From: the human T2T-CHM13v2.0 reference genome, Homo sapiens
Length of the DNA stretch: 64,000 bases
NCBI RefSeq assembly: GCF_009914755.1
Contig: NC_060932.1
Direction: 5' to 3' (one strand)
Below are positions 39,181 to 53,316 of the stretch, piece after piece. Both the position numbers and the translations under genes were made by a program. Numbering within the stretch: the stretch's first letter is position 1; the number at the start of each line of letters is the position of its first letter. The notes under the pieces are model-generated. The model had not been told where the DNA came from and ran no database searches. It saw nothing but the letters and a program-made list of their open reading frames with translations.

Positions 39181-39485
39181 GGCTGGGCTCAGTGGCTCAC
39201 GCCTGTAATCCCAGCACTTTGGGAGGCCGAGGCGGGCGGATCATGAGGTCAGGAGATCGAGACCATCCTGGCTAACACGGTGAAACCCCATCTCTACTAA
39301 ACATACCAAAAAAAAAAAAAATTAGCGGGTGTGGTGGCAGGCGCCTATAGTCCCAGCTACTAAGGAGGCTGAGGCAGGAGAATGGCATGAACCAGGAGGC
39401 GGAGTTTGCAGTGAGCTGAGTTTGTGCCACTGCACTCCAGCCTGGGCTACAGAGTGAGACTTGGTCTCAAAAAAAAAAAAGAAAA
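39181..39485 (+). mobile_element. AluY, full length
   Basis: AluY diagnostic positions; TSD AAAAGAATC(T/A)GTGA at 39167-39180 and 39486-39499. Confidence 0.96.
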
Positions 39486-39504
39486 AAAAGAATCAGTGAG
39501 ATGG

Positions 39505-39600
39505 TTATATAATAAACATAATTATATATAATGTAATATTTCCACATTATATTATATATAATTATAATATATTACATTTATTATACATAAATATGTATAC
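39505..39600. repeat. AT-rich low-complexity tract
   Basis: TATATAAT-type run. Confidence 0.7.
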
Positions 39601-40459
39601 TTTAAGAAAATTTTTAAAAGACAAAGAAAATTATAAAAATTTGCAAAGAAAAAAATATTTTTAAAGACCACCCCAAGCCTCAAATGAGATCTATATTTCC
39701 AAAAGACTAACTTGAGTATATCTTATATATATTAAATCAGCATCTTTTTAGTCATCTTATGCTAATAAAAATAAATCATTTAAATAATTATTGACATTAA
39801 CAATTATTGTCTACTTTAGAAGACTGAGATCTTCATTTTTTAATTTTATTTAACTCCCTATGTGTTCTGAGACATGGAAAGAAGTTGTTTCCTCATCACT
39901 TCACATTTTGATACTGGCATAATAAAGTTGTCCAGAGAATTTATAGACAGCCATAGGTATGTTAAACTTCAGAAAAAGTTGGAAGTGATAATCTACAGAA
40001 TGGGCTTCAGTAGCTGTTGATAGGTAATGGTTGTTTTATCAATAATACTTGTACCAAAAAAGCGCAAGCATTAATCAAAAAGAGACACATGGTCATCATA
40101 TGCAAATATCTGAATTTGACTTCAAATCTGCCTTAGCTATATCACTCAAGGTAAATTTCAATTCAGATAAGCAGACAATGTTATCATAAAAATTAGGTGA
40201 TGAAGGTCAGGCTAAACTTTCTACAATCTAGACTCCTTAGTATATTTCAGTCACTCAAGTAAAAGAAAGACAATGTGAAAAACAGAAATTGTGGAAAGAA
40301 GACATGCCTTACAAAATAACATGCACAGGTCATACCGATAGTGTTAGTAAAATTCAAAGAAGGATGACACTTTTCATAAGATTGGCTGTAATAAAATGGC
40401 TTGACAAACACAGCAATTACACTGGCTACAGTAGTAATAGGGAGATAGAAGAAGTCAAA

Positions 40460-40550
40460 ATGCTCCATGAGGCAGGAACTCGATCTTGTTCATCACTGTG
40501 TCCCCAGTGCCTAGGAAAGTTGGTGCTTAACAACCACTTATTGAATTAAT
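40460..40550 (+). mobile_element. L2 3' end
   Basis: CTCCATGAGGCAGGAAC ... TGTGTCCCCAGTGCCTAG ... TTATTGAATTAAT. Confidence 0.7.
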
Positions 40551-40589
40551 ATATAAAAATATTCACATCAAATACAGGCAACCTTTCTT

Positions 40590-40722
40590 GTTTCAAAATT
40601 GTGAACTTTTCCCATGATTGTGTAAGATGTTAAACTAGAGGAAGTTGGGTAAAGGACACACAGGAACACTCTGTATTATCTTTGCAATCCTGTAAATCAA
40701 GAACTGTCTCAAAATAAAAAGT
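40590..40722 (+). mobile_element. L1M 3' UTR fragment
   Basis: TGTAAGATGTTAA ... GGAAGTTGGGTAAAGG ... CTCTGTATTATCTTTGCAA ... AAAATAAAAAGT. Confidence 0.65.
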
Positions 40723-41118
40723 ATTTGTAAAAAGTTTTGCTATGGAAAATTAAAAGAATAGTGAGAGGAGAAGGACCACCTGCCCTGGCCCCTTCACTGA
40801 TGCCTTTGTAATGGTGGCAGCATCTTTTCAAGGAAATCCCAGAAACAGCCCAAAGAAGTAATAGGAAATTAGGATAACAAGCAACGGCACACAAACTATA
40901 TTCGTCCTCTGAGGATCTTTAGAATATGAGAAGAAAGATCTAATTTTTGCGATTACATAGGACAATGGATTAATCTACTCTTATTGTGTATTAATATGTT
41001 TGGTTATTAATGTAAAAATGGCTCTGAAGGTGAGATCAACATTTATAATTTTGACTCTGCTCAATGTAGAGAGTATGCAACTTACGGCTTTACTCAGAGT
41101 AGGGAAAGGAGTTTTATT

Positions 41119-41212
41119 AAGAAAAAAAAAAGAAAAGGAAGAAGAAAATAGAAAAAGAGGCAGGGAGGATGGAAGAAAGAAAGGAAGGATGGAAGGAAAG
41201 GGAGAGGGAAAG
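41119..41212. repeat. GA-rich low-complexity tract
   Basis: AAAG/GGAA-rich run. Confidence 0.75.
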
Positions 41213-42566
41213 ACAGTGAACAGAAGTTCCATGGAATTCTCCCTAATAAAGGATATACTCAGTCCTTCTATCAAAACCTAAGAATAAAGGAAAACTGTTA
41301 ATCTGAAAGCTCTCAGGATACAGGCCATTAATATAAAGACTTTAAATTTAAATTTGGAAAATAATTTTCTAAAACAGTCATTTTTAAAGTATTTAAAAGT
41401 CTATATCATTTTACAAGTGTGATTTGTGGGGCTGAGGATGGAGCATTGTTTATTGTTTGCAGCAGACTGAGTTACGTGGCTATAATACCACTAGAGAAGC
41501 TGTTGTAGCTTGTTAGACCATGTACTTAGGGCACTGGACTCTGAGCTCTTTGTTTTTTAATAATATTTCACATGTATAGAACTAATTCAAGATCTGGATT
41601 TATATGCTTTATTCACTAAAAGGGTCATTTTCCAGAGTGGTCTTTTCTTTCAAAACTGAAGGGTAAAATAAACAACCAAACAAAAAGCCATGATGTCACT
41701 TTTTGGCACATTATAGTCTGTACTTGTCATCACACCAACTGATCCTTCCTTGATGAATGAAATCCCTCTAGGCCTTGATTATTGTGACATTTAGAAAGTC
41801 AGTTCTTCAAGTCAACTTACTTTGGTAGGTATGAGTTTAGCCTTCATACTTTATCAGTTCCCCAATTTGCCTAATATTTTTATTATTGTCTTTGTTTTAC
41901 TTTTACCTTATTCTCAGGCTGCTTAATATACATAACAAATATGTTGTGCATGTGTATATGTTACACAGTTCTTTTCACTTTATCCTTACTATATCCAGGG
42001 TTGGAGTGCTTTTGTTGGTTACTATTTCATATAAAGCAACATTTATTGTCATTGTTCAAACATCTTAGGCTGCATAATACAGAATATTAATCATTGCATA
42101 AAAATACATCAGTGTTCCTTACAGAGAATAAACAAGGTTGCCTAACAATGCAGAGTCACCCCAAATAAAAAAATCTTGGTGGCCAAGAATGAAAACAAGG
42201 CAAACCAACAGAACTAGAAAATAAAAAAAACTGACAAACAAAAATGTCCACCATATTCAGGACAGTCAATATTAAGAAAATATGGGGAAGGCAGATAGGA
42301 AAATAGAGCTACTCCACTGTGGAACTGTCTTCCCTGAAAAGGAAGAGGTCTCAACATTCTTCTGTGATACGTTTCTATACTCTGCTGCTATCCACCCTGC
42401 CATCTTATTCTTTATTCTCCAAATCAAGGGTGATATTTTTTGGCAGGGGTAGACGTTGACTATTCCTTATATAAGGGATGTCAATCTTTGTTGGCAAGAT
42501 GGAGAGAGACCAAAGAAAAAGTAGTACCTCCAAAAAAAAAAAAAAAAAAAGAACAGTGATTTACTC

Positions 42567-43138
42567 TGTATTAGTTATATCGCACTGTGTAACAAATTAC
42601 TCCCAAAGCTTAATAGCTTACAATGATAAACATTAATATTTCACAATGGCTATGAGTCATCAGTCAGGGCCTGACTTAGCTGTGTGCCTCTGACTCAGGG
42701 CCTCCCACAAGGTTGCAATCCAGGTGTTGTCCAGGGCTGTAGTCATTTCAAGGCTTGATTAGGGGATGATCCACTTCCAAGCTCACTCATGCAGCTGTTG
42801 GCTGATTGATCCTACTCGCCATTTGTTGGATTGAAGGCTTCAGTTCAATGCTGACTATTGACCTTACTACATAAGCATTTCCATAGGGCGGCTTCCATCA
42901 TGACAGCTGGCTTCACCAAAGCAAGAGAGGAAGAGGCACGCACAAGCAAGACACAATCACAGTCTTTTATAACTGATTCTCGGAAGTGATGTCCTATGTC
43001 TTTTATTACATGTTGTTCCTTAGAAACAAATCACTAGGTCCAGTCCACAAAAGAGTATTGGAATACAAGGGAGTGTGCAAGCGGGTTAATACCAGGAAGC
43101 AGGATCACCGGAGTCCATTTTAGAAGTAGCCTATCATA
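42567..43138 (-). mobile_element. MLT1F/G-like MaLR LTR
   Basis: TGTATTAGTT ... GTGTAACAAATTAC ... ATCCACTTCCAAGCTCACTCA ... CCATTTTAGAAG. Confidence 0.82.
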
Positions 43139-43664
43139 TATCACAGATCTGCCCCCCTAGCACAAGCAAGACTGGAACAGCTGATACTTAATTACTTCTA
43201 TTTAGAAGGGACCTACAATAAATTACTGTTTTAAGCGCTATAGCAAGTGCTACATCTTTTGCTTGACTTTTGAGGCTCTCATATTGTGGTTTCATTTTCC
43301 CTAATCAATCTCATTTGGCACTATTCCCTCATATCTGTCACAGTCAGACAACCATGTGGAATGTTCTCCATACATTCTACCTCTACATTTCATCTCCACC
43401 TCTGAGAAACAGCCCGTTTTCTCTTTGAAGCACCTTTTGATGTCTAACTATGGTAGCATTCTTTTTTTTTTTTTTTACACTGTGACATGGCTGGTACTTA
43501 GTATACATTCTAGTTTAAAATATCAGTTTGCTAGTTGCGTTTTTTAAATTAGTCCATAAAGGCAGTTCTTAAGAGCAGAGTCCTAGTTTTACATTTCTTC
43601 CTGTTATCTGATAATGCTGAAAATAGTTTTTAGCAAAGTTGGCATTTAATACATTCTTGACTGG

Positions 43665-44120
43665 TGTATATGTTTTCCTCTGGCTGCCACAACAAATTAT
43701 CACAAACTTGACGGCTTAAAACAGCACACACTTATTTTCTAACAGTTCTGGACATCAGAAGCCTGAAATAAATTTTACTAGGCCACAATCAAGGTGTTGA
43801 TAGGGCTGCACACCTTCTGGAAGCTTTAGGGAAGAATTCCTTTCTCCATCTTTTCCACCTTCCAGAGCTACATTTATTGCATTCAAAGTCAGCAGCGTGG
43901 CATCTTGCTTCAGTGGTCACATTGCCATCTGTGTCAAGTCTCCCTCTGCCTCCCTCTTCCTAAGACACTTGTGATTCCATTTAGGGTTCATCCATATAAT
44001 CCAGGATAATGTTCTTAAGATCCTTAATCACAACTACAATGTCCCATCCAAGGAAACATTCACAGGTTTAGAGGATTAGGGGCTGGATATCTTTAGGGGG
44101 CCATTGTTAATCTTACCGTG
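43665..44120 (-). mobile_element. MLT1C/D-like MaLR LTR
   Basis: GGCTGCCACAACAAATTATCACAAACTT ... CAGTTCTGGA ... ATAATCCAGGATAAT ... GGGGGCCATT. Confidence 0.85.
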
Positions 44121-44902
44121 ACCAAAAATGACAGTGGCAAAGGAGGGAGAAAGGCATTTTTTGGACAATGAAGATCTCTGAACTCTCTTCCCAGTTTTAT
44201 CTTATTGCACTTAAGACTATTCTCCCAATATGAGCATGATTATTATCAAGATAGCTGAACTGTAAGTAAAGAAAACATCAACTGGTTAAAAAGAAAAAAT
44301 AGGAGCAATTAACTTCACTAACTATCACAGAATCAAAAATACCCAGCAGCAAATAGCAAACTCACTTCTTTATCACATTGAGTCTGGTACCACCGCTCCT
44401 ACTCTTTCCTCCATATTCCCTTCATGGATCAGCACTGGTTCATTGTAACTGTCATCATTACTGTGTCCATATCTGACATTTGACATCAAGGATTCATAGC
44501 AAGAAGATAATGGAAATACACAATACACCAGAGGCCCAAAAGATAGCAGTATATTATCAAGTTGGACGGACAATCAGATGTTTTAGTACACATAGGCCAC
44601 AGTACTCTAGAGGAAGCTCTAATCACTTCAAAGTCTTTGAGTCAGTATCTTAAACTCCTAGCATAATAAGGAGTTAGCAAATATTCCCTGAAAATATATT
44701 TTCATATCTCTTTAATAACTGATGTTAGAATCCTACTTATTTTTAAATATTTAGTCAAGATACTTCCAAAGATCATTCCAGATCTATCTAATGGAGAAAG
44801 TGTCAGCCTTTCTGTTTTTGTTTGTACTCCATTGATATCTCAGTAAGGTTATCCAAGTCAATCTCCTGATTTCCATTTCCCAATTTACACATAATATAAT
44901 AA

Positions 44903-45244
<342 letters not shown>

Positions 45245-46109
45245 GCCTTCTCTTTTAATGAAGATACTTTGCCTTCAAGCCTCATTTGTTATCTGATTTA
45301 ACACAATTTAATTAAAAGGCTGTAGTCCTGTTGCTCCACATATCTACTATGCTGGGATAGGTGGTCTCCAGGGCCTTCCTGCTGTAAGATCCCACTCAAA
45401 TTGCCCAAGAGAATAGAATCAGGCAGGGGCTAGAACTATGAGCCCAAACTGTACTCCAAAATTCTTTCCTAAAGACCTGAAAGCTCTAATTCTCCAATAA
45501 ACTTATTTTAGAGATGTGCCTGGGGTGGGGGTAGGGCAGGGCAGGAATAAACAGCCATCCAAACAACAAAGAATGGCAGGCTTTCATCCAGATCTTCCCA
45601 TTTCCTACCATAAAGCACCAGAAAACTATTCTTGATGAAGTTGATAAAAGATTTGTGAACATTTCTATTAATGGAATAAAGTGATGTCACCTAAAGTATA
45701 TCAATTCTATATTTATATATCTCTATATGTTTAATATTCACTAAACCATATATGAAGAACACAAGCATTCCGAAGTGTCCAGGACCTGCCAGTCAAGTCC
45801 ACAACCAACTGGATGGATCACCGTTATTAAGAGAGGAGACTTTAAGACACAGAATTCTGGGGTCGGGGGTGGGGGACAATGGAACACAAGTAGACTGTTT
45901 ACTCAAAACACTAAGGGACAGTGTTACTGAAGGAAGAGTAAAGGTCAGGGTACACAGGAGAGGCAAAATGTTGGAATGGTGCCATTTTCCTGAAAGCAAA
46001 AAGGAACATACATCCTGAGGCCAGAAAGACTGAGAGGTTTGGAAATGTGGTGTGAGATGGAGTAGGGAAGGTGGTTTGGGGTGAAATTCATAAGCTTTCT
46101 GATAACTTC

Positions 46110-47830
46110 TATCCCACAGACTATGCTATTGCTGTCTTAATTTTTCTTTGTTGCATACATCCTAAATTAGATATTATTATTATATCTGTTATTATTTTTA
46201 TTGATATTTATTTTACATAAGATTATGTGTTTATATTCAGACACATATTTCCAAGCATTTTTGTTCACTCTTTTAACTTATTCTTTACTTTTTGATTTAA
46301 TTTCCTTCTTCCTAAAGTTCCTTCCTCAATAAATCTTTTATTAAGGTCTCTTGATAGTAATAGTCTTTGCATGTCTGAAAATGTCTTTACTTTTCTCTCA
46401 CTATTCAATGATAGTGTGCTAAGTATATAATTCAAAGTATACCAGTTATAATCATTCTCTCTCTGTATTTGGATGGTATTCCATTGTCTTCTGACATATA
46501 TTACTGTAATAAGAAATCTGCTGTACAAATAATTGTCATTCCCTTGCAAAGTAGCATATTATTTCTCATTCTCTTTTTGGGATTCTACAATTTCTCTATA
46601 ATAGGAGCACTTACTCAGTAATTATGGTGTTCAGAATTTGTGTACTCTCTAGAACGGAAGATTCATATTTTTAATAGTTCCAAAAATTCCTTAGTCATTA
46701 TCTCTTAAAATATTTCCTTACAATTCTCTCCACTCTCTCTGAAATTCTTAATCAAACTTCTTATGTTTAACCTGTTTTTTATACTTTCTATATTTCTTTT
46801 TCTTTGTGTGGCCTCTCTCTCACTCAGGTTGTCTAATATTTTTAGTTTTTGTTGTTGTTGTTCATTTTCAAGTTTGGATTGTGAACTCTGTTTCTTAAAG
46901 TAATGAAGTATTGCTCCAGAAAGATATTGCATTTATTCTGTAAGATACTCTAGAATTATCGTTGCCTTAGAACCAATTTTTATTTTGATGTATCAGCTTG
47001 GAGGATATCTGACCTTGTAGCTAGTGCAAAGTTCAAAAATTCTTAGAGTAGACTTTCATTTTTCTATCCAGGGCCTAGACCAAGAAAGACCAGGATCTTT
47101 TTCACCTCTGTGTTTATAGACAGATTATTTCTGGTTTTTCTTTCCTCAGCCCTTTCAGTGTCCAAGTTTTAAGTCTGGGGGTCTGTTCCAACTTTCTGCC
47201 TTGCATGGGCCTCAGGCCTGCTCATCCAATCATTCTTATCTTAGTCTGTTTGCATTGCTATAATAGAACACCATGACTTAGACAAAAAAAATATTTATTT
47301 CTTACACTTAAGGAGGTTAGGAAGTCTAATATCAAGTGCAGCAGATCTGGCGTCTGGTGAAGATTAGCTTCCTGATTTGCAGACAGCAATCTTCTCATTA
47401 TATCCTCACATGGAGGAGAACAGAGAAAGAAGCAAGCTCTTGTGTCTCTTCTTACAAGGGTGCTAATTCTATTCAGAAAGCTTTCACCCTTATGACCTAA
47501 TTGCCTCCCAAAGACTTCATCTCTTAATATAATTATATTGGAGTTTAGGGTTTCAACATAGGAATTTTCGGGGATACAAACATTTCATCCATAACAATTC
47601 CCATGATAACTAAAATCCATGCCTGTAGATTCCTAAAACTGATACCAGCATTAGCACCCCTGCTTCTGTAGCCCAGCAGCAACAGCTCAACTCTGGCTTC
47701 CAGATCACTCTTCGAACATTAGTCCCTGGGGACTTTTGCTTTGCTTTCTTTTTAAAGAGATATTTGTTATATTTATTTAACATTTCTACCATTTTAATTG
47801 CTTGCATCAGGAGTGGGTTCAGATTATAAT
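46110..47830 (-). mobile_element. Old L1ME/HAL1-like ORF1 and 5' region, split by an MLT1A LTR
   Basis: ORF 46265..46549 (RRQWNTI ... LSLNSERKVKTFSDMQRL) resembles the L1 ORF1p C-terminus. Confidence 0.65.
47237..47596 (-). mobile_element. MLT1A0-like MaLR solo LTR
   Basis: TCTTAGTCTGTTT ... TCCTCACATGG ... AAACATTTCATCCATAACA; TSD ATTCT/ATTCC. Confidence 0.88.
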
Positions 47831-50162
47831 TGACCAAAACTTTAGCCATTTTATATCATTGGTAACTAAACCTTTCTTTGTTTCACTGCTTTTACCACTA
47901 TTATAACTTCCAGAATGTTCCCATGTAGTTAATATCCAAATGTCCCAAAAGGAAGAAGGTGATTCTGTTGTACCCTATTCAATACAGAATGCTCCCTGGT
48001 GCAGGGTTCATGTCAGGCCATCTTATAACCCACTGACCTTCCATGGATGTGTCATTTTCATCTGAAGCCTTTGGCTAAAGTAGAGATTTCTGGCCCAGGC
48101 AGTGGTAGGCAGGGTAGCCACATCTCATGAGATAAAGAGTGGTGCACTATGGACAACAAATTGCTTTTGGACAACTTTGCTGGAAAGGGTATTGAAACAA
48201 ACACACACTGTGATTATACAGAGTAGAATTTCCACTACAGTTTAGTGCTTAATTAATTGATGCTCTTTAATTATTCAGTGTGTATTTTCCTTATGTCACT
48301 AAGCAAGGTTTTATCAGGAATTATGTCTTATCTAAACACTGTTAAATTTATTGTCGATATTTAATAAGCACATTTTGATGGACTGATCTAAATAGCTGAG
48401 CAAGTAGGTAGAGGGAATACCAGTGAGTGTAATGAGTTCAAAACAAATTAAAATGAGCTATGTAAGGACATAGAACAGATAGAAGTTGAGGCTGAGACAT
48501 TTGGACAAAAGGCTGTAAAATTACAAGAAGGTGAAAGGAAGAGGGAAAGAAAAATACCAAACTGTATAGGAAAAATAGGGTTTTGTGTTAAATATAATAA
48601 TATGAAAAAAATCCAATTAACTACATGAGAGACATTACAGAAAATGATCATATAAAAATTTACTACAGAAAGACAGAAGGCATTAAATAAATTGTTGGAA
48701 GAAGGAGGAACACATATAATTCACATCCCCCAAAATTGCAGCAAGTTCTAAGCAAAATATTTTGAAGAGAAAAACAACTAGATCTAAAATAACTTTTGAT
48801 GAAGGTTTTATCTGGAAGAAATAAATGACCTTCATAAATGAAGTAAAGGAACCCTCAATTTAATTTTCTAGACAGCTAGAAAAATGTCTTTCTAAAACCA
48901 TTCTGTGTAAAGTCCAATAATAGATTAGCATGTACTGATGATAATAGAGAGTTTGTGACTAACTTTTAAGCATAAGTCCCAGACTAAAATTTCAAAGTAT
49001 TCCCCATTTAAGTAAGAAAAACACTAAGTTTTCAAATCTGTGAGCACAGACTCATCAATTTTAGCAACTAACATTATTAACAACATTCCGTTTAGTTACA
49101 CTTTCTAATTTTGCACTTATTTTTCCAGATGGCTTAGAATATTTATATCACAAAATTTTTCTCTTAATAACAATATGGGCTTATCATTATTTTGTGATAG
49201 TTTTTTGTGAAAAAGTAAAGAATTTAAATGGAAGGAACTTCAGAATGAATGCAAACTTAAAGACCAGCTTGAGGGGGAAAAAAGAAGTTTAACGCGATGA
49301 GTTTCTCAAGAAGGATGTTCTCAATGAGTCTCCTTGTGTAAATATGGTTTGATGTCACCTAAGTAATAAAATTCAATTTGCTTTTGTGCTTTAGTACAGC
49401 ATTGGGAGGATTGGAAAACTTCCCAGACTTGCTAGGCTGGATATGAATTCTCACCTCCCCCAAACTTCTGTGTTTAACAAGTGCCTTTCCCAATTATAGC
49501 TGCATTCTGACAGTAACTAACCATTGCCCTGAGTGACAGGCAGAGAGAGCCAAGAGCCTTGAAGCTAAAATGGATAAGTGAATGTGATCTCCAATCACAT
49601 ACTCAGCCAAAGAGGATTCCTCATAGGTTCATTCTAATGTTTTCTACATCAGTGGCCAATGGATGTGTGCGATTTGCACGGATGCATTATCAGGCATAGT
49701 AGATACATGATAGGGACATAGTAGCTATGAGGTGATGGCAAATTTAGTGGCCTAACTTATTTCATTGTTATATCAAAATAGCAATGAAAAGTCTAACAGT
49801 AATAAATAATCTACTTAATTAATACAGTGGCACATTTCTCCATAATAGGTGAAAATTTGTGATTATAAAAAACTCTGCTTCCATTTTATTGACAATTTTC
49901 TTTAATAACGATATTTTTAGGCAGTTAATCGTCCTAAACCTTTTTTTTCTTTAAGCGTAATGAAGAAGCTGAAGATTTTGAGTGTTAACTTTTACACTTC
50001 AGGAAATGTTGTTATTTACAAGTGAGAAATTTGGAAAAGCCAAATTACTGTACATTCCCAAACTGAAAAGCCCACAAAAAAATGTTAAAACAAAAAGTAC
50101 ACTCAACTCCACTTCATCCTGAGTCTCTGCCTTTAAACATTAAAAAGCTGTGATTTTTCCAT

Positions 50163-50217
50163 CACACACATACACACACACATATGCATGCACACACATA
50201 CACATGCACACACACAA
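50163..50217. repeat. Interrupted (CA)n
   Basis: CA/TG/TA alternating run. Confidence 0.85.
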
Positions 50218-50556
50218 ATCACCATTAATGAACAACATCTAATCATCTGATCTATTAACTTATTGAGCTGTTAATAGATTTCGGAAATGTAATTGCATTT
50301 TCCACTTTCTGATGTATGAATGTGACCTTTATAATCATTTCTATATCAAATTCTTTAATATTATTCATTTTTTAATCACTCAAATATTTAAAGAAACTGC
50401 AGAAAACCAATCTAAATGAATCATTTTTCCATTTTCAATCCTTTGTAAATTTATTTCTGAGATAATTATATCCTCATTGAAGCTTTATTTTTAATCATGA
50501 TTCTCCATTCACTGACCTATAATGTTAAAAGCCAACAAGAGGGGACTGTTCTAAAC

Positions 50557-50790
50557 CAGGTCTGCCCAAAATGTGCTCTGTAGAACATTAGCTCCACAAG
50601 ATGGTATTCAATGTTCTGAAATCAACTATGTTTCAGAAAAACTGGATTAAATAATGTTGAACAGGCTCCTCTACTCCATCACTCTTTAGAACTTTTATTA
50701 TTATATATGTTTATTGTGAATATCCAAGAGACAAATCCTTTATATGATGTTTTCCAAAGATATTGGTCATGGAACTTCTTTTTTCATTAA
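50557..50790. mobile_element. MER103C-like hAT-Charlie fragment
   Basis: CCCAAAATGTGCTCTGTAGAACATTAGCTCCACAAGATG ... TTTTCCAAA ... CATGGAAC. Confidence 0.55.
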
Positions 50791-50805
50791 GCATTTTAAG
50801 GGATT

Positions 50806-50809
<4 letters not shown>

Positions 50810-50858
<49 letters not shown>
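50810..50858. repeat. Pure (TA)24 microsatellite
   Basis: Uninterrupted TA run. Confidence 0.97.
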
Positions 50859-50861
<3 letters not shown>

Positions 50862-51044
50862 CATTAGTTGCCAGTAATTTTTTAAGCACTATCTTAGATA
50901 ACTAGAACTGTCTAACTATAACTGGGCCTGGACTGGGTGATAGGAATAACAGTAACTGATCACCAGAGTCAGAATCACAAGTCACTTAGGGATATAGCTT
51001 GTGGGAAAAGGGAGGGGTTCTTTTCTTTCAATTTTAGCACAGTT

Positions 51045-51550
51045 ACTTCACCAAAGAGGATATGCAAGTAGCAAATAAAAATTTAAAAGTACAGGAAGAA
51101 AATGCTCAACAGGAGTAGACTTGATAAATTATGGTATATTCAAATGAAGAAATCCTATAAAGCAATAAAATAAAACTACAACTTCATGAAACAATATGAA
51201 TAAACATCAAAAACTTAATATTGAGTAAAAAATATAGAAAAATATATTTACAATTTTATTGATGCAAAATTCACAAATGAAAAATATTAACTTTTTTTTC
51301 CCCTAAGTGATACCTGCTTTGGTGTCAAAACGATAAAGAATGGCAAAAAATGAATACATGAAAGGCAGGATTGTGGTTACCTGTGGTGAACGGGAAAGGT
51401 TGGGTTGGCGATTAGGAAAAGCCACCTCAGGTGTGTGGGAGAAGGTCCGTGGTGCTGGAATGTCCTATTTCTTTTACTGGGATTAGCTAACAGATGTTTG
51501 CATTGATATAGATCTTAGAGCTATACATTTGCATTTTGTACTTTTTTCCA
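51045..51550 (+). mobile_element. L1ME 3' fragment
   Basis: GATAAATTATGGTATATTCA ... GGATTGTGGTTACCT ... GGTGCTGGAATGTCCTATTTCTT. Confidence 0.7.
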
Positions 51551-52454
51551 AGTAAGAAGGAAGAAGTTATTTGAGGTTGTTGTAAGGTCAGCAAGTTGGA
51601 AACTTAAATCCAAACAAAGTTACTTTTTCACAAAACTACCTTTGGAAAATCTGTGGTCTCTCTATCCATGATCATGGTGTGGCAATGGAGAATAAGACAC
51701 CTTCACAGATTAGACAGTTACATTTCAGTTCCCTTCATAAAAGATTAACGTAAGCAATGACAGGTAGAAAGCTGTAAACTACACAAATAGAAATGGTTAC
51801 TTTCCATCTTTTTGTTTACCTACAGTTATTATGTTTCTGAGCACTAATACCTCAGCAGTCTTTACAGATAAGATATTAAGTAGTCAACAGTTTCCAAAGT
51901 GAGCCCCCAAAGGAAGGGTGGTCACAATGTTGGAAGGTTAACATTTGCTGTCACACTCTGTTCCTCTACAAAAAAAAAAAAGTTATGAGAAACTATCCAC
52001 CACTGAATAAAAAATAATAAAAATTAAAAGGCAAGACTAGAACAAGACTTTAGAGTTTGTTAATTCAATAACATCTAAGAGCGAATTTTCTCTGCCCCAA
52101 ACAGCTACTTCTAACAATCTCAGGGAAGCCTAGACTCTTCCCTCTCACTAAAATTAATTTCTTAATTCATCCTTCTTAAATACTATATTTATGTCATATC
52201 TCCTCACCTTCTTGGAGCCAAGAAATCAGAAGTGCCTGAGTAATTTTCACAGAATCCAATAGCATGTCACGTATTGGGTGGAAGCCAGAAATAATGACCT
52301 TTACTTTGAACTCAGGTAACCTTAACTTCCCATGAGGTTAAAGCAAATGGAAAGTCTGGAGGTAGACAATTAGTTCCCTAAGGGCATTTTGGTGATCCAT
52401 GCTAATGTGCTGTTGCTGTTTATGATGATGGTGATGATATTTTATTGAAAACAT

Positions 52455-52580
52455 TTTAAAACTATGTATTGAGTGCTTACAAAATTCTAGGCACTTACTG
52501 ATCCCTTTGATTAAATTATCTGATCCTGTCCTTATAAGAACCCTGTGAAGTGTGTTTTATATCCCCATTTCAAAGGAGAA
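52455..52580 (-). mobile_element. MIR
   Basis: TATTGAGTGCTTAC ... AACCCTGTGAAG ... ATCCCCATTTC. Confidence 0.7.
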
Positions 52581-52702
52581 AAGTTTATCTAACTAAGCTA
52601 TTAATATGGCAAAGTTCTAAGATGCTAGATATAAAAAAGCATTCTTAGTTTAGCTTTCACGTAGCTGAAAGTGCTGGCACTATTTGCAACAAAATCTATT
52701 AT

Positions 52703-52887
52703 GTTGCTTCTCAAACTGTGATCCTTAGATCACCCGCACTAGAGTTATCTGAAGGAACTAGGAACTTGCAAACCCCACGGTTCTGTCTCAGACATACTAA
52801 ACAGAAGCTCTAGAGGTGACACCTAAGAATCTGCATTTCTAGCAATTTTGTGGATGAACATATGCAAGCTGAAATTTGAGAACTATT
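52703..52887. mobile_element. MER5A/B MITE
   Basis: CTTCTCAAACT ... AGAATCTGCATTTCTAGCAA ... AAATTTGAGAACTA terminal inverted repeats. Confidence 0.75.
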
Positions 52888-53021
52888 ATACTAGCCTGCA
52901 TAAAAGCAGCAATAAAATTGTTAAACTGTAAAACTCTAAACAGGTGCTATAAAGAGGAGACCTTCAATAGTACTTTAAGAAATCATCACAACTTCCTCTC
53001 ACTGAAGCAGTGGAAGAGGGC

Positions 53022-53316
53022 TGTTGTTTTGTTTTGTTTGTTCATTTGAGATGGGGTCTCGCTCTGTCATTTCTGGCTGGAAAGCAGTGGAGTGATCATA
53101 GCTCACTGCAGCCTCTACCTCCCAGGCTCCAGTGACTCAAGCAGCTGGGACTACAGGCATGTGTGACCAAGCCCTGACAATGTATTTTATATTTTTTATA
53201 GAGATGAGGTCTCACTGTGTTTCACGGGCTGGTCACAAACTGCTGGGCTCAAGGGATCCCCCCACCTCAGCCTCCCAAAGTGCTGGGATTACAGTCATGA
53301 ACCACTGCGCCCAGCC
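53022..53316 (-). mobile_element. AluJ with a small internal deletion
   Basis: GTGATCATAGCTCACTGCAGCCTC and CTGGGCTCAAGGGATCC are AluJ diagnostics. Confidence 0.9.

Noticed and set aside
50250-50279. 10-bp inverted repeat ATCTATTAAC/GTTAATAGAT (also 28136-28157 and 34972-35016)
   Set aside because: Arms of 9-10 bp in AT-rich or low-complexity sequence are near chance expectation, and there is no consensus to polarise them.
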